A stretch of 64,000 nt of DNA from a virus, in the IMG/VR virus record IMGVR_UViG_3300021426_000003, positions 39,151 to 103,150 of that record, one strand, 5' to 3'. Positions 9,181-19,884 of this stretch are shown here, piece after piece. The notes beneath the pieces are model-generated. The model was not told the DNA's origin, made no database searches, and worked only from the letters and a program-made list of their open reading frames with translations. The first letter of the stretch is position 1, and each line of letters begins with the position of its first letter. The position numbers and the translations under genes were made by a program.

Positions 9181-9804
9181 TTAATCATTGTTATACAATT
9201 CAGTCAGAAGCATTAGTTTTGTTCCAAAGTAATCATCCAAAGCTTTAATACGAGCAACACTATCAAAAGTCTTATTACTAATCTTTCCAGCTGCCATATT
9301 TTTAATAGTCTCTCTTACACCCACTGGCATATTATTTAAAGCTTCTTTCATTTGAGATGGAGTAAGTCTAAAGAACTCTTCAAAATCTTCAGGTGTATAC
9401 ATAGAATCATAAAAATCTTTCAGCTTAGTCTGTTCATTAATAAAGTCTTCATCCATAACCATAATAAATGGTTTAAAAATAATAGAACTTCTTGAACGAA
9501 CAGCCGCAATTAAATCTTTATATTCAATATATTCTTCAGCTCCAAGCGCCTCAAAAGTATAAATCTGACCAGTCTTAATTCCTTTTACAAAAGTCTTACC
9601 AGAAGCTACTGATTGACATAATACTAAATCATCAGGTTCAAACTTCTTTATATTCTTTTTAGATGTAACTGGAGCAGCTACTTCTTCTTCTTCGATTTCT
9701 GCCTCAGGCTTTTCACTAATTACTTCAGTATTTCCGTCTACAATTTCAACTGTTTTGGCTTTAGAAGCAAAAGCATTTGTTTTTTGAGTTGTTTTCTTTG
9801 TCAT
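9181..9804 (-). CDS. hypothetical head protein
   Basis: 207-aa ORF directly downstream of the putative capsid gene; acidic EEEEV tract. Confidence 0.45.
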   Translation of the reverse strand: MTKKTTQKTNAFASKAKTVEIVDGNTEVISEKPEAEIEEEEVAAPVTSKKNIKKFEPDDLVLCQSVASGKTFVKGIKTGQIYTFEALGAEEYIEYKDLIAAVRSRSSIIFKPFIMVMDEDFINEQTKLKDFYDSMYTPEDFEEFFRLTPSQMKEALNNMPVGVRETIKNMAAGKISNKTFDSVARIKALDDYFGTKLMLLTELYNND

Positions 9805-9834
9805 TTATCTTCTCCTTTTAATCAATTATATTTT

Positions 9835-10971
9835 TTATTCAAGTACCCATGCACCGAAATAAGCACCAATCTTAGTTGTAACGCCAAAGCTTCTTTGCAT
9901 CTCATACTTCATAACGTCATCAATACGACCATGCTCTTCACCACGCTCTGTGATTTCGTCAATAAGAGTCTCACCTTGGTCAACAACCCAGACGAACTTA
10001 TTATCAGAAGTCTTAGGCATGATAAGCAGAATCTTGTCATCAACCAGTCTCTTTGTAACATCATTATTATCAAATCTCTGAGGGATTTCAATAAGGTCTG
10101 TTGTTTCATAGAAACCAAGTCTGCCAAGACGAGCAACATCTTCCTTCTGAATTTCTGCTCTCCAATCAACTTCTGCAAGAGCATTCAGTTTCTTAAGAGC
10201 AGTACGAGTACCAAGAATATAAACGTCAGAATCATTCAGACCACCAACGTTTTCGATAATAGTATCAAGTTCATCTTTAACAAGAGCACCATTACCAATA
10301 AAATTCTTTTTCTTATCTTCAGCTACAGGAATCTGCTTATAAGCATCCATAACAGATTCATAAACCATATCTGTCAGTTTCTTTGTGAAAGCCTGACCCA
10401 GCTTAGTTACCAGTTTAGCCCAATCTTCCTGACCTACAAGATAACGAGCAATATCTGCACCAACAGCTGCACCATATGTGCTCATAGGAATAGTCGTGGA
10501 CTCACCAGCACCAAGTCTTTGTAATGAAAAGTCATGATGATGACCTGCGACTTTACTAACAGACAGAATGGTTTTATCCTCTGTATAGAACTCTACATCA
10601 TCACCAAGTGCGATATTACGGTAATCAACAAAATCATTAAAGAAATCATTCTCACGAAGACCAGTATTAACCTTCAGGTCAACAAGCTCTTCAATTACTT
10701 CAAAGAACTCTTCGCCATGACGATTAAGCGCTCTTTTAATATCTCTTTTTGTGGGAGTTTTATTAGTATCAAGACCAAGAACTGAGAAGACGATATTACG
10801 CATCTTGGCTTCAGCTTCTTTCTTATTTACTTTATTTCCTTCTTCATCACAAATATCCAGACCATCACTCAGGTCGAACATCAGATTCTTGACAGAATCC
10901 CATTCATAACCATTCTCTCCACCAGAAAAGAGGTTATTTAAATGAGTTGTACTAAATTTCATAATAGCCAT
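9835..10971 (-). CDS. putative major capsid protein
   Basis: 378-aa ORF with the highest-GC, highly-expressed-style codon usage in the block; positioned after the scaffold-like gene; no motif-level proof. Confidence 0.5.
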   Translation of the reverse strand: MAIMKFSTTHLNNLFSGGENGYEWDSVKNLMFDLSDGLDICDEEGNKVNKKEAEAKMRNIVFSVLGLDTNKTPTKRDIKRALNRHGEEFFEVIEELVDLKVNTGLRENDFFNDFVDYRNIALGDDVEFYTEDKTILSVSKVAGHHHDFSLQRLGAGESTTIPMSTYGAAVGADIARYLVGQEDWAKLVTKLGQAFTKKLTDMVYESVMDAYKQIPVAEDKKKNFIGNGALVKDELDTIIENVGGLNDSDVYILGTRTALKKLNALAEVDWRAEIQKEDVARLGRLGFYETTDLIEIPQRFDNNDVTKRLVDDKILLIMPKTSDNKFVWVVDQGETLIDEITERGEEHGRIDDVMKYEMQRSFGVTTKIGAYFGAWVLE

Positions 10972-10995
10972 TTTTCATTCCTCCTTTCTTCAAAA

Positions 10996-11475
10996 TTATG
11001 CACCAATTACAAGCTTGCCATCTGCATTGCAAGAAGTAATCTTTTTACCAACCGCAGGTTCACCTACGAAACATTCTTTAGAATATTCCATAATGTCACC
11101 ACGAATCAGAGTATAAGCTTTAGCTACAGTACCAGCAGGAAGGTAGAAATTCTTTTCATCAGCGAACCTCTTAGTAAAATCTTCTGCAATAATAACAGGC
11201 ATGTGGATAAACAGAACATCAGCATCAGCATCAACACTGTTAACCTCTACATACCAATTGCCATTAGTAGCTTGCTGTTTAATTTCAAGTTCAAATGTAG
11301 GAGCAGCAGCTTCAGCATAACGGTCAAGTTCCTGCCAAGCACCACGACCAACAATTTTTCCGTTAGGTGTATCTTTCTCCAAAGTAATGTTATAGATATG
11401 AGGAGAGCCAGCAGAAGCGGCTACTTTGGTCGGGAATGATACACCAAATGTTTCAATGGTATACTTAATTGCCAT
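10996..11475 (-). CDS. hypothetical head protein (decoration or scaffold-like by position)
   Basis: 159-aa ORF with a strong RBS between the scaffold-like and capsid genes. Confidence 0.45.
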   Translation of the reverse strand: MAIKYTIETFGVSFPTKVAASAGSPHIYNITLEKDTPNGKIVGRGAWQELDRYAEAAAPTFELEIKQQATNGNWYVEVNSVDADADVLFIHMPVIIAEDFTKRFADEKNFYLPAGTVAKAYTLIRGDIMEYSKECFVGEPAVGKKITSCNADGKLVIGA

Positions 11476-11503
11476 ATCTTCATTCTCCTTTCGATTATAT
11501 TAT

Positions 11504-13237
11504 TTACTTTTTACTAAACAGATTTCCGTAACGACTCTTAGGTTTTTTAGTATTTTGTGTTGGTAACCTAAACATATTCGTCTTTGTAGTCTCTGTTGTA
11601 TTCTTATTTTCAAAATTAATCTGATTTCCAGCTTTAACATATGCAAGAAGATATGCATCACACTTTTGCTGAACATCTTCAATTGTATAATTAAGATGGA
11701 GTTTATCATCATTAATTTCATTTACAAGATTATCATAATCTTCTGAATTTCCAGCTAATAAAGAAAATTCGGGCTTAGTTATAATAGTTTGTTTTTCAAC
11801 TTTAGCTTCGGCGTTATGATACTCATTTAATTCTTTTTCATATAAAGAATAATTGGTTTTCATTTTATCAACCTCAGCCTCTTCATCGGCTGTAAGATAT
11901 ACCGCTCTAACAGCTACTCTGTCTCCTGTAAGAGAATAAACTCCTTTACGAACTTTATAACTTTGTCTATAAGCAGTACCAGTCCAATAATCAACCATTA
12001 CAACACAATCATCATAAACAATACAAGAATAATAAGTTCCATCAGATTCAGAATATGTATCATTAACAAGAGTTGTTAATGCATATTGAATATCATTTAG
12101 ACTTGTTTTAAAATTCATATTATTTACGGAATATTCAATACTATATTCTTGTGTGTCTTCTGCATTCTCATTATCGTTTTCTTCTTGATTATCATCAGAA
12201 TCATCTTCTTGATTGTCATCTTCTTGATTATTATCTTCAGATTCATTTTCCTGATTATCTTCAAAATTTTCAGAATCATCTTCAGTCGAAGGAGTATTAT
12301 CCTCGCCACTAGATTCTCCAAACAGCTCTTCAAATTTTGTCTCTAATTCTTCGTCAGACATAGATTCATAATCAAAATCAATGTCTTCAGCAGTTTTACC
12401 ATACTTGGCAAGCAGCTCTTCAAATTTATTCATTTGACTTTCTCCTCCTTTCTCCAAAGATTGTATATTGAAAGATGCAAGTGTCTCATTTAATTTATTA
12501 ATAGCATCTAACAAATCATTATTTAAACTAAACATACTATTTTTTTCTTTGCTGAAGTCTGTTAGTTTTATATTACTTCCTTCCATACCTTCTTCCACAA
12601 TATTTCCCTCTGAGTCTTTTCCCAAAATAGTCACACCATTTAAATAGAAATCTTCAATTAATAGAAGTTTTTCTTTGGCATCATATGAAAGTTGGGTAAC
12701 ACTAATTTCAATACTTACAGCAGCCTGTCCCATTCTTTCTAAAATATCTTTCGCATTAGAATATTCTTCGTAAAGATAACCATCTACATTTACATAATAT
12801 TTTTTCTTTTTATCATCATATTCTAGAGAAGGGGAGCTTGATTCAGGAATAATACCAACCATACGTTCATCGTATACAGTATTTCCGTCTTCATCTTCAT
12901 GTATAGCGTGCCATCCAAACACCTCTTCCTCTTCCCCATCTTCATTGGTTATTTTATGAATATAAGCTAAAATAGGTTTATTCTTAAAAGTAGGAAGAGC
13001 TTTTTTCATAACCTTAGTAGTAATAGAAGAACCATTCCTATTACGGTCTGTATGACAAGCTTGTAAATGTACAGGCGCTAATCCTTCATATACATTTTCA
13101 TTTTCAAAAGATAAAGAACCTAATACTTGAACAACTATTTCAGTATCAGATTCTTTAGAATTGAAATTAACATTTTTATTTTGTTTTAGGAAGAAAGAAT
13201 ATAAATCATCAAATGTAAACAATTTCCTGTTTGGCAT
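11504..13237 (-). CDS. putative scaffold or prohead-associated protein with a long acidic D/E/N/Q tract
   Basis: 577 aa; EDNTPSTEDDSENFEDNQENESEDNNQEDDNQEDDSDDNQEENDNENAEDTQ tract; sits between the portal and the capsid gene. Confidence 0.45.
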   Translation of the reverse strand: MPNRKLFTFDDLYSFFLKQNKNVNFNSKESDTEIVVQVLGSLSFENENVYEGLAPVHLQACHTDRNRNGSSITTKVMKKALPTFKNKPILAYIHKITNEDGEEEEVFGWHAIHEDEDGNTVYDERMVGIIPESSSPSLEYDDKKKKYYVNVDGYLYEEYSNAKDILERMGQAAVSIEISVTQLSYDAKEKLLLIEDFYLNGVTILGKDSEGNIVEEGMEGSNIKLTDFSKEKNSMFSLNNDLLDAINKLNETLASFNIQSLEKGGESQMNKFEELLAKYGKTAEDIDFDYESMSDEELETKFEELFGESSGEDNTPSTEDDSENFEDNQENESEDNNQEDDNQEDDSDDNQEENDNENAEDTQEYSIEYSVNNMNFKTSLNDIQYALTTLVNDTYSESDGTYYSCIVYDDCVVMVDYWTGTAYRQSYKVRKGVYSLTGDRVAVRAVYLTADEEAEVDKMKTNYSLYEKELNEYHNAEAKVEKQTIITKPEFSLLAGNSEDYDNLVNEINDDKLHLNYTIEDVQQKCDAYLLAYVKAGNQINFENKNTTETTKTNMFRLPTQNTKKPKSRYGNLFSKK

Positions 13238-13260
13238 ATGATATCCATCCTTTCTATATA

Positions 13261-13440
13261 TTAAATAAACATCTGATTAGTATATTCTATATTATCTTTA
13301 TCATGATTAGAAAAATTAAATTCCTTATCATTAAGAAATACCCATTTACCCCCCTCTTTTGGAAGTTCGGTATATCCTTCTTTTTTTAATAATAACCAAA
13401 TTTCTTTATCAGATGTTTTGATAAAATTTTTTTTACTCAT
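13261..13440 (-). CDS. hypothetical small protein (59 aa)
   Basis: ATG at 13438-13440 with an AAGGAG RBS; fills the gap between the portal and the 577-aa gene; below the ORF-track cutoff. Confidence 0.35.
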   Translation of the reverse strand: MSKKNFIKTSDKEIWLLLKKEGYTELPKEGGKWVFLNDKEFNFSNHDKDNIEYTNQMFI

Positions 13441-13453
13441 TTAATTCTCCTTA

Positions 13454-15004
13454 TTATCCATTTGAACGGTCTCGTTTGTCACGACTAGCTTCTCCGCTGT
13501 CTGTAAGGTCTTCAGGGTCTTTTTTTAAATCTTCTCCACCTACATTACTTGTTGTATGGGAAGACTGAAGAGGAGAAGTAAATATATTTCCAAGTCCTAA
13601 TATATCTTCCTCAAAATGATTCAGTGCCAAAGTTTCTAATTCAGAAAAACCAGACAATGTATTTACAGCAAGTTTTGTCGGAAGAGAATAGGTGGCATTT
13701 TCTAAAAGCTCTTTTCTTAAATCTGGTTTAGTAAAATAAGATACTTCAAAGAATTTAACTCTACAAGGGCTACTAAGATAATAACCAAGAAATCTATTTA
13801 ACCATCCTTGCACTTGAGGCAGAAGAGAAGAGAGTGCCATCTTTGTATCTAATTTAGTTGCTGCTAACAAACCAGTAGTACCTTGAATAGCTTGAGAGTT
13901 AAGCAATTGAGCACCACCACTATTATTCAAAACGTTTTTTGTAGCATTAGATACTTTATTAATATCAGTTGTTTTATTGTCATCAAATGAAATTGTGTCC
14001 AATTTTCCTGGCACTATAGCAGCAGATGTATAATCTGGAATAGCATCTTCACACATTCTGTCAAAATATTTAATTATTAACTCGGGGTCTACTTTCCAAT
14101 CATCAACTTGTTTACCAAGCGTCTCCATGGATAAATAAATCATTTTATAAATATCTTGCTCATCTGCTATAGCTTGAACATTTTTTGTATCTTCTAATGA
14201 AATAATATCATTAAGCAAACCACTAAAAGGCGGGACAATAACCATCCAATCTTCAACGTTATGCTTAAAACATGCTGTATATTTTTCTGGCATTAACATC
14301 CAGCGATTATTAGTTGTATCTTTAAGATATTCCTTATACATAGTAGTAAAAGGCTCGCCCCAATAATCAAGCAAATCTCTGTTTGTGCCATTAAAATACA
14401 TCATATTAAAAGCATATGCAAAATCTCCATTTGTAAATTGTCCGACAATCTTACAATATTCTGGAGGTAATGGCATAATATATAATCCGTCATCATTATA
14501 ATAAGCCACACCATAAAACACATCTTGTGTAAAACAAGTTATAAATATTTTTAGAAAATTGGCTTGTAAACTCATATTATCTAACATAACAGCCGTATCA
14601 TAATAATTTTTTAAAATCTGTTTATCATTATTATTTTGAGTTAAAGAATAACTGGGTATTATACTTCTTGCTCCAAGTTCAAACATACAAGCATTATATA
14701 TAATAATCCTTCTATATGTTTGACTACGATAAAACATATACCATGAAAGATTTCTTAAATTATTTTCGTTACTTCCTATATTTCTTAAATAACTAAGTAA
14801 TTGCTCCTTATCAAAAGTGGCAATTGATTTTCTATAGTTTTTTGTTATATCTCCAAGTTGATGTAACGCATTAATAGCAGTTGTAAAATTATATTTTTGT
14901 TCATCTGAAAACTGCTCTTTAATTTTATTTAATTCTTGCAGATTTATTTGTTTATTTGATGCGCTATTCGCTGCATCGTATTCGGTTGTCTTTCTTCGAG
15001 CCAA
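13454..15004 (-). CDS. putative portal protein
   Basis: 516-aa ORF immediately downstream of the terminase large subunit; call is by position and size only. Confidence 0.5.
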   Translation of the reverse strand: MARRKTTEYDAANSASNKQINLQELNKIKEQFSDEQKYNFTTAINALHQLGDITKNYRKSIATFDKEQLLSYLRNIGSNENNLRNLSWYMFYRSQTYRRIIIYNACMFELGARSIIPSYSLTQNNNDKQILKNYYDTAVMLDNMSLQANFLKIFITCFTQDVFYGVAYYNDDGLYIMPLPPEYCKIVGQFTNGDFAYAFNMMYFNGTNRDLLDYWGEPFTTMYKEYLKDTTNNRWMLMPEKYTACFKHNVEDWMVIVPPFSGLLNDIISLEDTKNVQAIADEQDIYKMIYLSMETLGKQVDDWKVDPELIIKYFDRMCEDAIPDYTSAAIVPGKLDTISFDDNKTTDINKVSNATKNVLNNSGGAQLLNSQAIQGTTGLLAATKLDTKMALSSLLPQVQGWLNRFLGYYLSSPCRVKFFEVSYFTKPDLRKELLENATYSLPTKLAVNTLSGFSELETLALNHFEEDILGLGNIFTSPLQSSHTTSNVGGEDLKKDPEDLTDSGEASRDKRDRSNG

Positions 15005-15014
15005 AGCGCACCTC

Positions 15015-16775
15015 CTATAATGTTCTCATATTTAAACGTCCTTTTTTTATAGTTAATCTTTCTACTAAAGATTGAGTATCTTCATAATGGGGACGTAGTT
15101 GTAATTCTAATTGTGAAGCACACCAGTAATTATAAGCGATAGAAGAGTATCTATCCTTCCTACAACCTGATGGTTCAAATACGGTTATTTTATTGTTTTT
15201 AATATAATATTTTAATTTAACCAATTCATATACACCTAGCGTACATTGAGCATATGGCATTTTCATTCTGGCTTGTTCCATTGGGGTCATCTTTTTAAAT
15301 GATTTATATTCTTCAGCAATTACTTCATCTGCATTTTGTTCTGGAATTAAAAAATTAATTCTACCATTGTTAATGGCATTTCTTAACAATACACAAATTG
15401 TATTATTAAAATCAGCTGTTGCTTTTACTGACCACACCACCCTCAAGGCGTTAGGAACTTTACATCTAGCAGCCATTTCATCATTATTACAACAGCTTAA
15501 TGCTCCATATACTTCTCCTGTCTCTGGGTCATACTGGTCTTTAGCTATAAAATCTGCTATACCTAAACCTACTCCATTGGTATCAACTACTAAGTCGGTA
15601 CATTTGTACTTATAAAAATATCTCATTATTATTATTCCTAATTCATCAGTAGTTAATCCTTCAAAATTCTCTCCATAAACAAAATTAGATTGGTAAGTTG
15701 TAGTAGTAGTTCTTATAGCATCATTTATATAAATAGATGAAGCATCATTTTTCTTTTTGTTTGTTGATGCCATAAGTGCAATATCTACAGACATAATTCT
15801 TTTACCACCAGCAGGAGGATTGGGTATTGAAAATTTCTCATTATAATAATCTAAAGGATAAAGACAATGTTTAACTCTTCTTATTTTATTTAAAGAATCA
15901 AATTTAAATAATCCACCTTCAGTATCTCCATACCATAAACATTCATCTTCCATCGAAAAAGCAATTTCATTAAAATCTGCTTCAGACATTTGGTCTTCAA
16001 CTTGTCCTCTATCCAACAAATGCTCTCTAATAGATAATTGATATGGAAGTCCGCATATAAAGTATTTTTGTTTATCACTAAAAAAATTTGCAGTATAAGT
16101 TTGAGCTTTGGTATACGCCCATGAACTTTTAAAATATGCAGATGATAAATACAATTCTTTGTTTCGTTCTATTAAATGAGCATATTCTGGTTTATCCAAA
16201 TATTTAGGATGTCTAGGAGCTTTTAAAAATTCTCTTATAACACTATCAAGTATTTTTTTATCTACCATTCTAAACTCATCTACAACAATTATATTAGCTC
16301 TGGCAGAACGAGAGTTTTCAGTACTAGTTCTTGTTTTAATCCAAGACCCCCCTTTAAATCTAATAGTTGCATCATTTTGCCCTATTTTCATTTCTTCAAT
16401 ACAAGATTGAAGAATAGGAGAGTGTGGATATATTTCATCTTGAATTTTTAAAAGCACTTCATTTGCTTGTTTTAATGTTGCTGATGTTACTACAATTTTA
16501 CTATTAGGATATAAAATACATCTACACACACAAAACACCGCAGTTAACCAAGTTTTTCCAGCACCACGGGCAGCAATATACATAAAATAATTATAGTGCA
16601 TCATTGCCCAGATAAGAATTGCTTGAAACCATTTTAAATTTATATTTAATATATCTTTACAAAACCTTTGAGGATTAGCACGATAATAACCAGCTCTCCA
16701 AGCTATAGTCTCCATTATTTTCTGAGACTTTTCTTGCTCAAGTTCTTTTATATTTTTTTTATTTTCAACTACCAT
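15015..16775 (-). CDS. terL: terminase large subunit
   Basis: Walker A YIAARGAGKTWLTAVF and Walker B IIVVDEF in the N-terminal ATPase; 586 aa; followed by the portal gene. Confidence 0.8.
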   Translation of the reverse strand: MVVENKKNIKELEQEKSQKIMETIAWRAGYYRANPQRFCKDILNINLKWFQAILIWAMMHYNYFMYIAARGAGKTWLTAVFCVCRCILYPNSKIVVTSATLKQANEVLLKIQDEIYPHSPILQSCIEEMKIGQNDATIRFKGGSWIKTRTSTENSRSARANIIVVDEFRMVDKKILDSVIREFLKAPRHPKYLDKPEYAHLIERNKELYLSSAYFKSSWAYTKAQTYTANFFSDKQKYFICGLPYQLSIREHLLDRGQVEDQMSEADFNEIAFSMEDECLWYGDTEGGLFKFDSLNKIRRVKHCLYPLDYYNEKFSIPNPPAGGKRIMSVDIALMASTNKKKNDASSIYINDAIRTTTTTYQSNFVYGENFEGLTTDELGIIIMRYFYKYKCTDLVVDTNGVGLGIADFIAKDQYDPETGEVYGALSCCNNDEMAARCKVPNALRVVWSVKATADFNNTICVLLRNAINNGRINFLIPEQNADEVIAEEYKSFKKMTPMEQARMKMPYAQCTLGVYELVKLKYYIKNNKITVFEPSGCRKDRYSSIAYNYWCASQLELQLRPHYEDTQSLVERLTIKKGRLNMRTL

Positions 16776-17829
16776 TTAATTCACGGTCAGCTTCTTCTCC
16801 GAATATTTTATTAAACAGAGTTTCACTGTCAGCTCCTTCATCATATTGAGGTTTTGTAACAGTATATTTAGACATAAATTTTTCATATATTGTAGAAAAA
16901 GCATTTTTAATTCCCATCATTACAGCCATGTGACCTTTAAAGAAAACATCAACTAACATTCCAATATGGTCAATATCTTTAAATTCCCCTTCAGGTTCTG
17001 GAACGGGTTTTTCTTCTTCCCATTTTTCAATCAATTGGTCAAATGATAATTGACTGGTCAAACTATCTCCACTACTTTGATTAGGTTTAATACCCAAAGA
17101 GCCTAATAAATCTTGTAAAGATTTATCTAAATCTTTTGTGTCTCTATTAGCTTTAGTTGCTCTATCAATTTCTAATTGTTTAAAACAAACACGTTTAAAT
17201 AATTCTTCTTGAGCTTTATTATCACAAGGATATCTAGTTACCCAATCTTCATATTCTTTTTCAAGAAAATATAATTCTTCAGATGGATATTTACCAAACC
17301 GCTTACGACCAGTTTTTATTAATTCTTTAATTTCTTCATCATCTTCATCCGTTGATTCTGTATGAGTTCCAAAATCAGAATTAGCAAAAGTTTTATCTGT
17401 ATATTGTGGGAGAGAAGATAAAGCAACAATCATCTTTTGCCACGCTGTTTCTATTGTTCGTTCTCCTACATCTGCTTTAACAGCTTGTAACATTTTATTA
17501 TATAAAGCATCATCAAACGGTTTATCCATCATCCTTAAAACATTAATAGTCTTTTCACGATTGTCTTTATACGTTCCATCTTTTTTATTGTAATCAGTAG
17601 CAGCTTTCATAGTACATTTTTTACACATATGAAAATAACCACTAGCATTTGTTTTACTTTGATAAAAATTACTTTTAGACTGAAACGTATTACAACAATG
17701 ACAATAATAATAATCAAATTCAATTAAATGATTATAATCAGTAGCAAGTGTATTATATGCTTCTTTTACTTGCTTTACTGTCATTTTCTTTATTTCGTCT
17801 TCAGTCTTTGCTTGTTTCATAAAAGCCAT
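16765..17829 (-). CDS. putative terminase small subunit or packaging-associated protein
   Basis: 354-aa ORF overlapping the terL start by 11 nt; Cys cluster CHCCNTF...CKKC; assignment is positional. Confidence 0.4.
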   Translation of the reverse strand: MAFMKQAKTEDEIKKMTVKQVKEAYNTLATDYNHLIEFDYYYCHCCNTFQSKSNFYQSKTNASGYFHMCKKCTMKAATDYNKKDGTYKDNREKTINVLRMMDKPFDDALYNKMLQAVKADVGERTIETAWQKMIVALSSLPQYTDKTFANSDFGTHTESTDEDDEEIKELIKTGRKRFGKYPSEELYFLEKEYEDWVTRYPCDNKAQEELFKRVCFKQLEIDRATKANRDTKDLDKSLQDLLGSLGIKPNQSSGDSLTSQLSFDQLIEKWEEEKPVPEPEGEFKDIDHIGMLVDVFFKGHMAVMMGIKNAFSTIYEKFMSKYTVTKPQYDEGADSETLFNKIFGEEADRELNGS

Positions 17830-17866
17830 TTAATCCACTTCCTCCTTTTTAATCATTTTTTATTAA

Positions 17867-17939
17867 AGCTCCCAGACGGACTTGAACCATCAACCTATTG
17901 ATTACAAATCAATTGCGCTACCAATTGCGCCATAAGAGC
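17867..17939 (-). tRNA. tRNA-Thr (anticodon UGU)
   Basis: The reverse complement folds as a cloverleaf: acceptor GCTCTTA/TGGGAGC, D arm GCGC-AATTGGTA-GCGC, anticodon arm ATTGA-TTTGTAA-TCAAT, T arm GATGG-TTCAAGT-CCGTC. Confidence 0.7.
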
Positions 17940-17946
17940 AAAAGTA

Positions 17947-17992
17947 CATTAGGAAGTATAAATGACGTATCATGCCGTTTATACCTCCTAAT
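17947..17992 (-). terminator. long stem-loop, possible terminator or processing site
   Basis: About 15-bp stem (ATTAGGAAGTATAAA / TTTATACCTCCTAAT, one mismatch), followed on the minus strand by UACUUUUG; lies downstream of the metallophosphoesterase gene and upstream of tRNA-Thr. Confidence 0.4.
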
Positions 17993-18023
17993 CCCATATA
18001 ATCTAATTCGAAGCAACTCGAAT

Positions 18024-19235
18024 TTAATTTAATATAAACTTATAAGTTTCATTATGACCTTCATATTCATGGAAACCATAAATCATCACAGCGGCTTTAC
18101 TTCCTTTCATTATTGAATCGGCAAAAGGGTCACTGCCCACAAACGAAGGACTGACTAATACTTCCGTGTCATAAGTACATCCATCATTTCCTGTAATAAT
18201 TTTATGATTGTGTTGATGTCCTAAAACAATATAATCAATCATTTCATTCTTTTTAGAAGATATACTATTTAATAGGGTATTTATATCTTTAACCTGATGA
18301 CCATGCATAGCAATTATCTTATATTGTAAAATTTCAAATTCTTTATAATCACTTGCTTCTTCATCAACAAACACTTCTATATTTTTATTATTAGCAAGAC
18401 TGTCTTTAATATAATGTCCTATAATGTATTCCATATCTTCGCCCATAAGTTCACTGGCTTTTGTGCCAAGATATCTCATTTGAGAATGGTTCGAAGAAAT
18501 AATATGATAATAATACACATGAGTATATTTAGAAATATTATTTAAAAACTGACTCATTACCTGACTTACCTGAACAGTAGCTTTCACAACTGTTGAATCA
18601 TTTATTTTTAAATCATTCATATGAATACACCCTTGAATAAAATCACCAAGTCCAACAACATATAGAACTTTACAATCATGCTTCTTAATAAAATTAATAG
18701 TCTTCTCGGTTAAATCGACAAATCTAGCAATCATAATATCAGGTGAATATTCATTGTATTCAGTTTTAAAAGTAGCACCAGAATGTATGTCTGCAATAGT
18801 TAAAAGATATTGCTCTTCATCATCTTCGTATATTTGGGCTAAATCAGAGTCATACTCTATGTCAAAAACAGGAGATGGAAGAGTAGTAACCATATTACCA
18901 ATCTGTTCATAATATAATTCTTTTCTTGCTTGTATCCTGTCTATTTTATTTCTTTCAATATTTAAAGTCTGTAATTTAATACGTTCTTTTTTTAATTCAC
19001 TTATTTTTTTTTCTAAATCGTCATTATGTTCTTCAATAACCTTGGCTTGACTATCATTATATCCTTCAGAATATAATCTAAAATTTTTTCTATATTTAGA
19101 TTCAGTAAAAGTTGTACCAAGTATATTATTAATTATATCTGCGACATCTTGCCAACTCCCGATATTATCTTTTTCAGAACAAATACGATTAATTAAATCT
19201 TTATCAGATTCATTTTCTAATCGGTTATATTCCAT
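18024..19235 (-). CDS. calcineurin-like metallophosphoesterase with an N-terminal coiled coil
   Basis: Motifs DIHSG, GLGDFIQG, SNHS, AMHGHQ and LGHQHNH; the ATG at 19233-19235 has an AAAGGAG RBS. Confidence 0.7.
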   Translation of the reverse strand: MEYNRLENESDKDLINRICSEKDNIGSWQDVADIINNILGTTFTESKYRKNFRLYSEGYNDSQAKVIEEHNDDLEKKISELKKERIKLQTLNIERNKIDRIQARKELYYEQIGNMVTTLPSPVFDIEYDSDLAQIYEDDEEQYLLTIADIHSGATFKTEYNEYSPDIMIARFVDLTEKTINFIKKHDCKVLYVVGLGDFIQGCIHMNDLKINDSTVVKATVQVSQVMSQFLNNISKYTHVYYYHIISSNHSQMRYLGTKASELMGEDMEYIIGHYIKDSLANNKNIEVFVDEEASDYKEFEILQYKIIAMHGHQVKDINTLLNSISSKKNEMIDYIVLGHQHNHKIITGNDGCTYDTEVLVSPSFVGSDPFADSIMKGSKAAVMIYGFHEYEGHNETYKFILN

Positions 19236-19246
19236 ATTCACTCCTT

Positions 19247-19858
19247 TTAATAGATATAATCCATTGTACAATCTTCTCCAATTATCTTATCTACAACACC
19301 ATATTCTTTTGCTTTATTTCCAAAAAAGAAAAATTCAATATCATAATGAGCATCATAGAATTCTTCTGTCATTGAAGTAGAAGATAAAACATGATTTTTA
19401 TAACGATTATCAAGTTCTTCAATAAACTTCATAGTATCTTTAGCTTTGCTTGTGCTATTACTAATAGTTACATCTCCATCGTGCATTAAAAAGATTGTAT
19501 TGTTAAAACAAATTCTTTCATGACCTGCGATAAAAATATGAAAAGCTGCACTAGCTACTAATGACATACCAACTACTTTAATAGGAGTCATAGATGTTTT
19601 AATAATATCTACTAATTGCATAGCAATAATGCTATCTCCACCTCCACTATTAATATAAATAGTAATAGGTTTTCTATCTTTAGTAGAAAGCCCTTTATCA
19701 CATTGATTCCATTTAAGAATATAAATAATACAATTTTCAATTAAATTGTCAGAAATATCATCATTAAGAAGTAAAATTCGATTATCATAATAATCTCTAA
19801 TAACTTCATCATAAAAAGTACTATCACCAGTTGTATCAAGAATTGATTTTAAATCCAT
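19247..19858 (-). CDS. ClpP-family serine peptidase (possible prohead protease)
   Basis: IYINSGGGDS, VGMSLVASAAF and LMHDG resemble the ClpP/S14 Ser-His regions. Confidence 0.7.
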   Translation of the reverse strand: MDLKSILDTTGDSTFYDEVIRDYYDNRILLLNDDISDNLIENCIIYILKWNQCDKGLSTKDRKPITIYINSGGGDSIIAMQLVDIIKTSMTPIKVVGMSLVASAAFHIFIAGHERICFNNTIFLMHDGDVTISNSTSKAKDTMKFIEELDNRYKNHVLSSTSMTEEFYDAHYDIEFFFFGNKAKEYGVVDKIIGEDCTMDYIY

Positions 19859-19884
19859 ATTTATTTCTCCTTTTAATCCTTTAT

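Noticed and set aside
9784-10524. 246-aa plus-strand ORF antisense to the putative capsid gene
   Set aside because: It lies entirely inside and opposite a well-supported structural gene. It has no RBS and its sequence is low-complexity, so it is typical antisense noise.
12124-12346. Two small ORFs on either strand inside the acidic tract of the 577-aa gene
   Set aside because: They are created by the repetitive GA-rich codons of the D/E/N/Q tract and are not independent genes.
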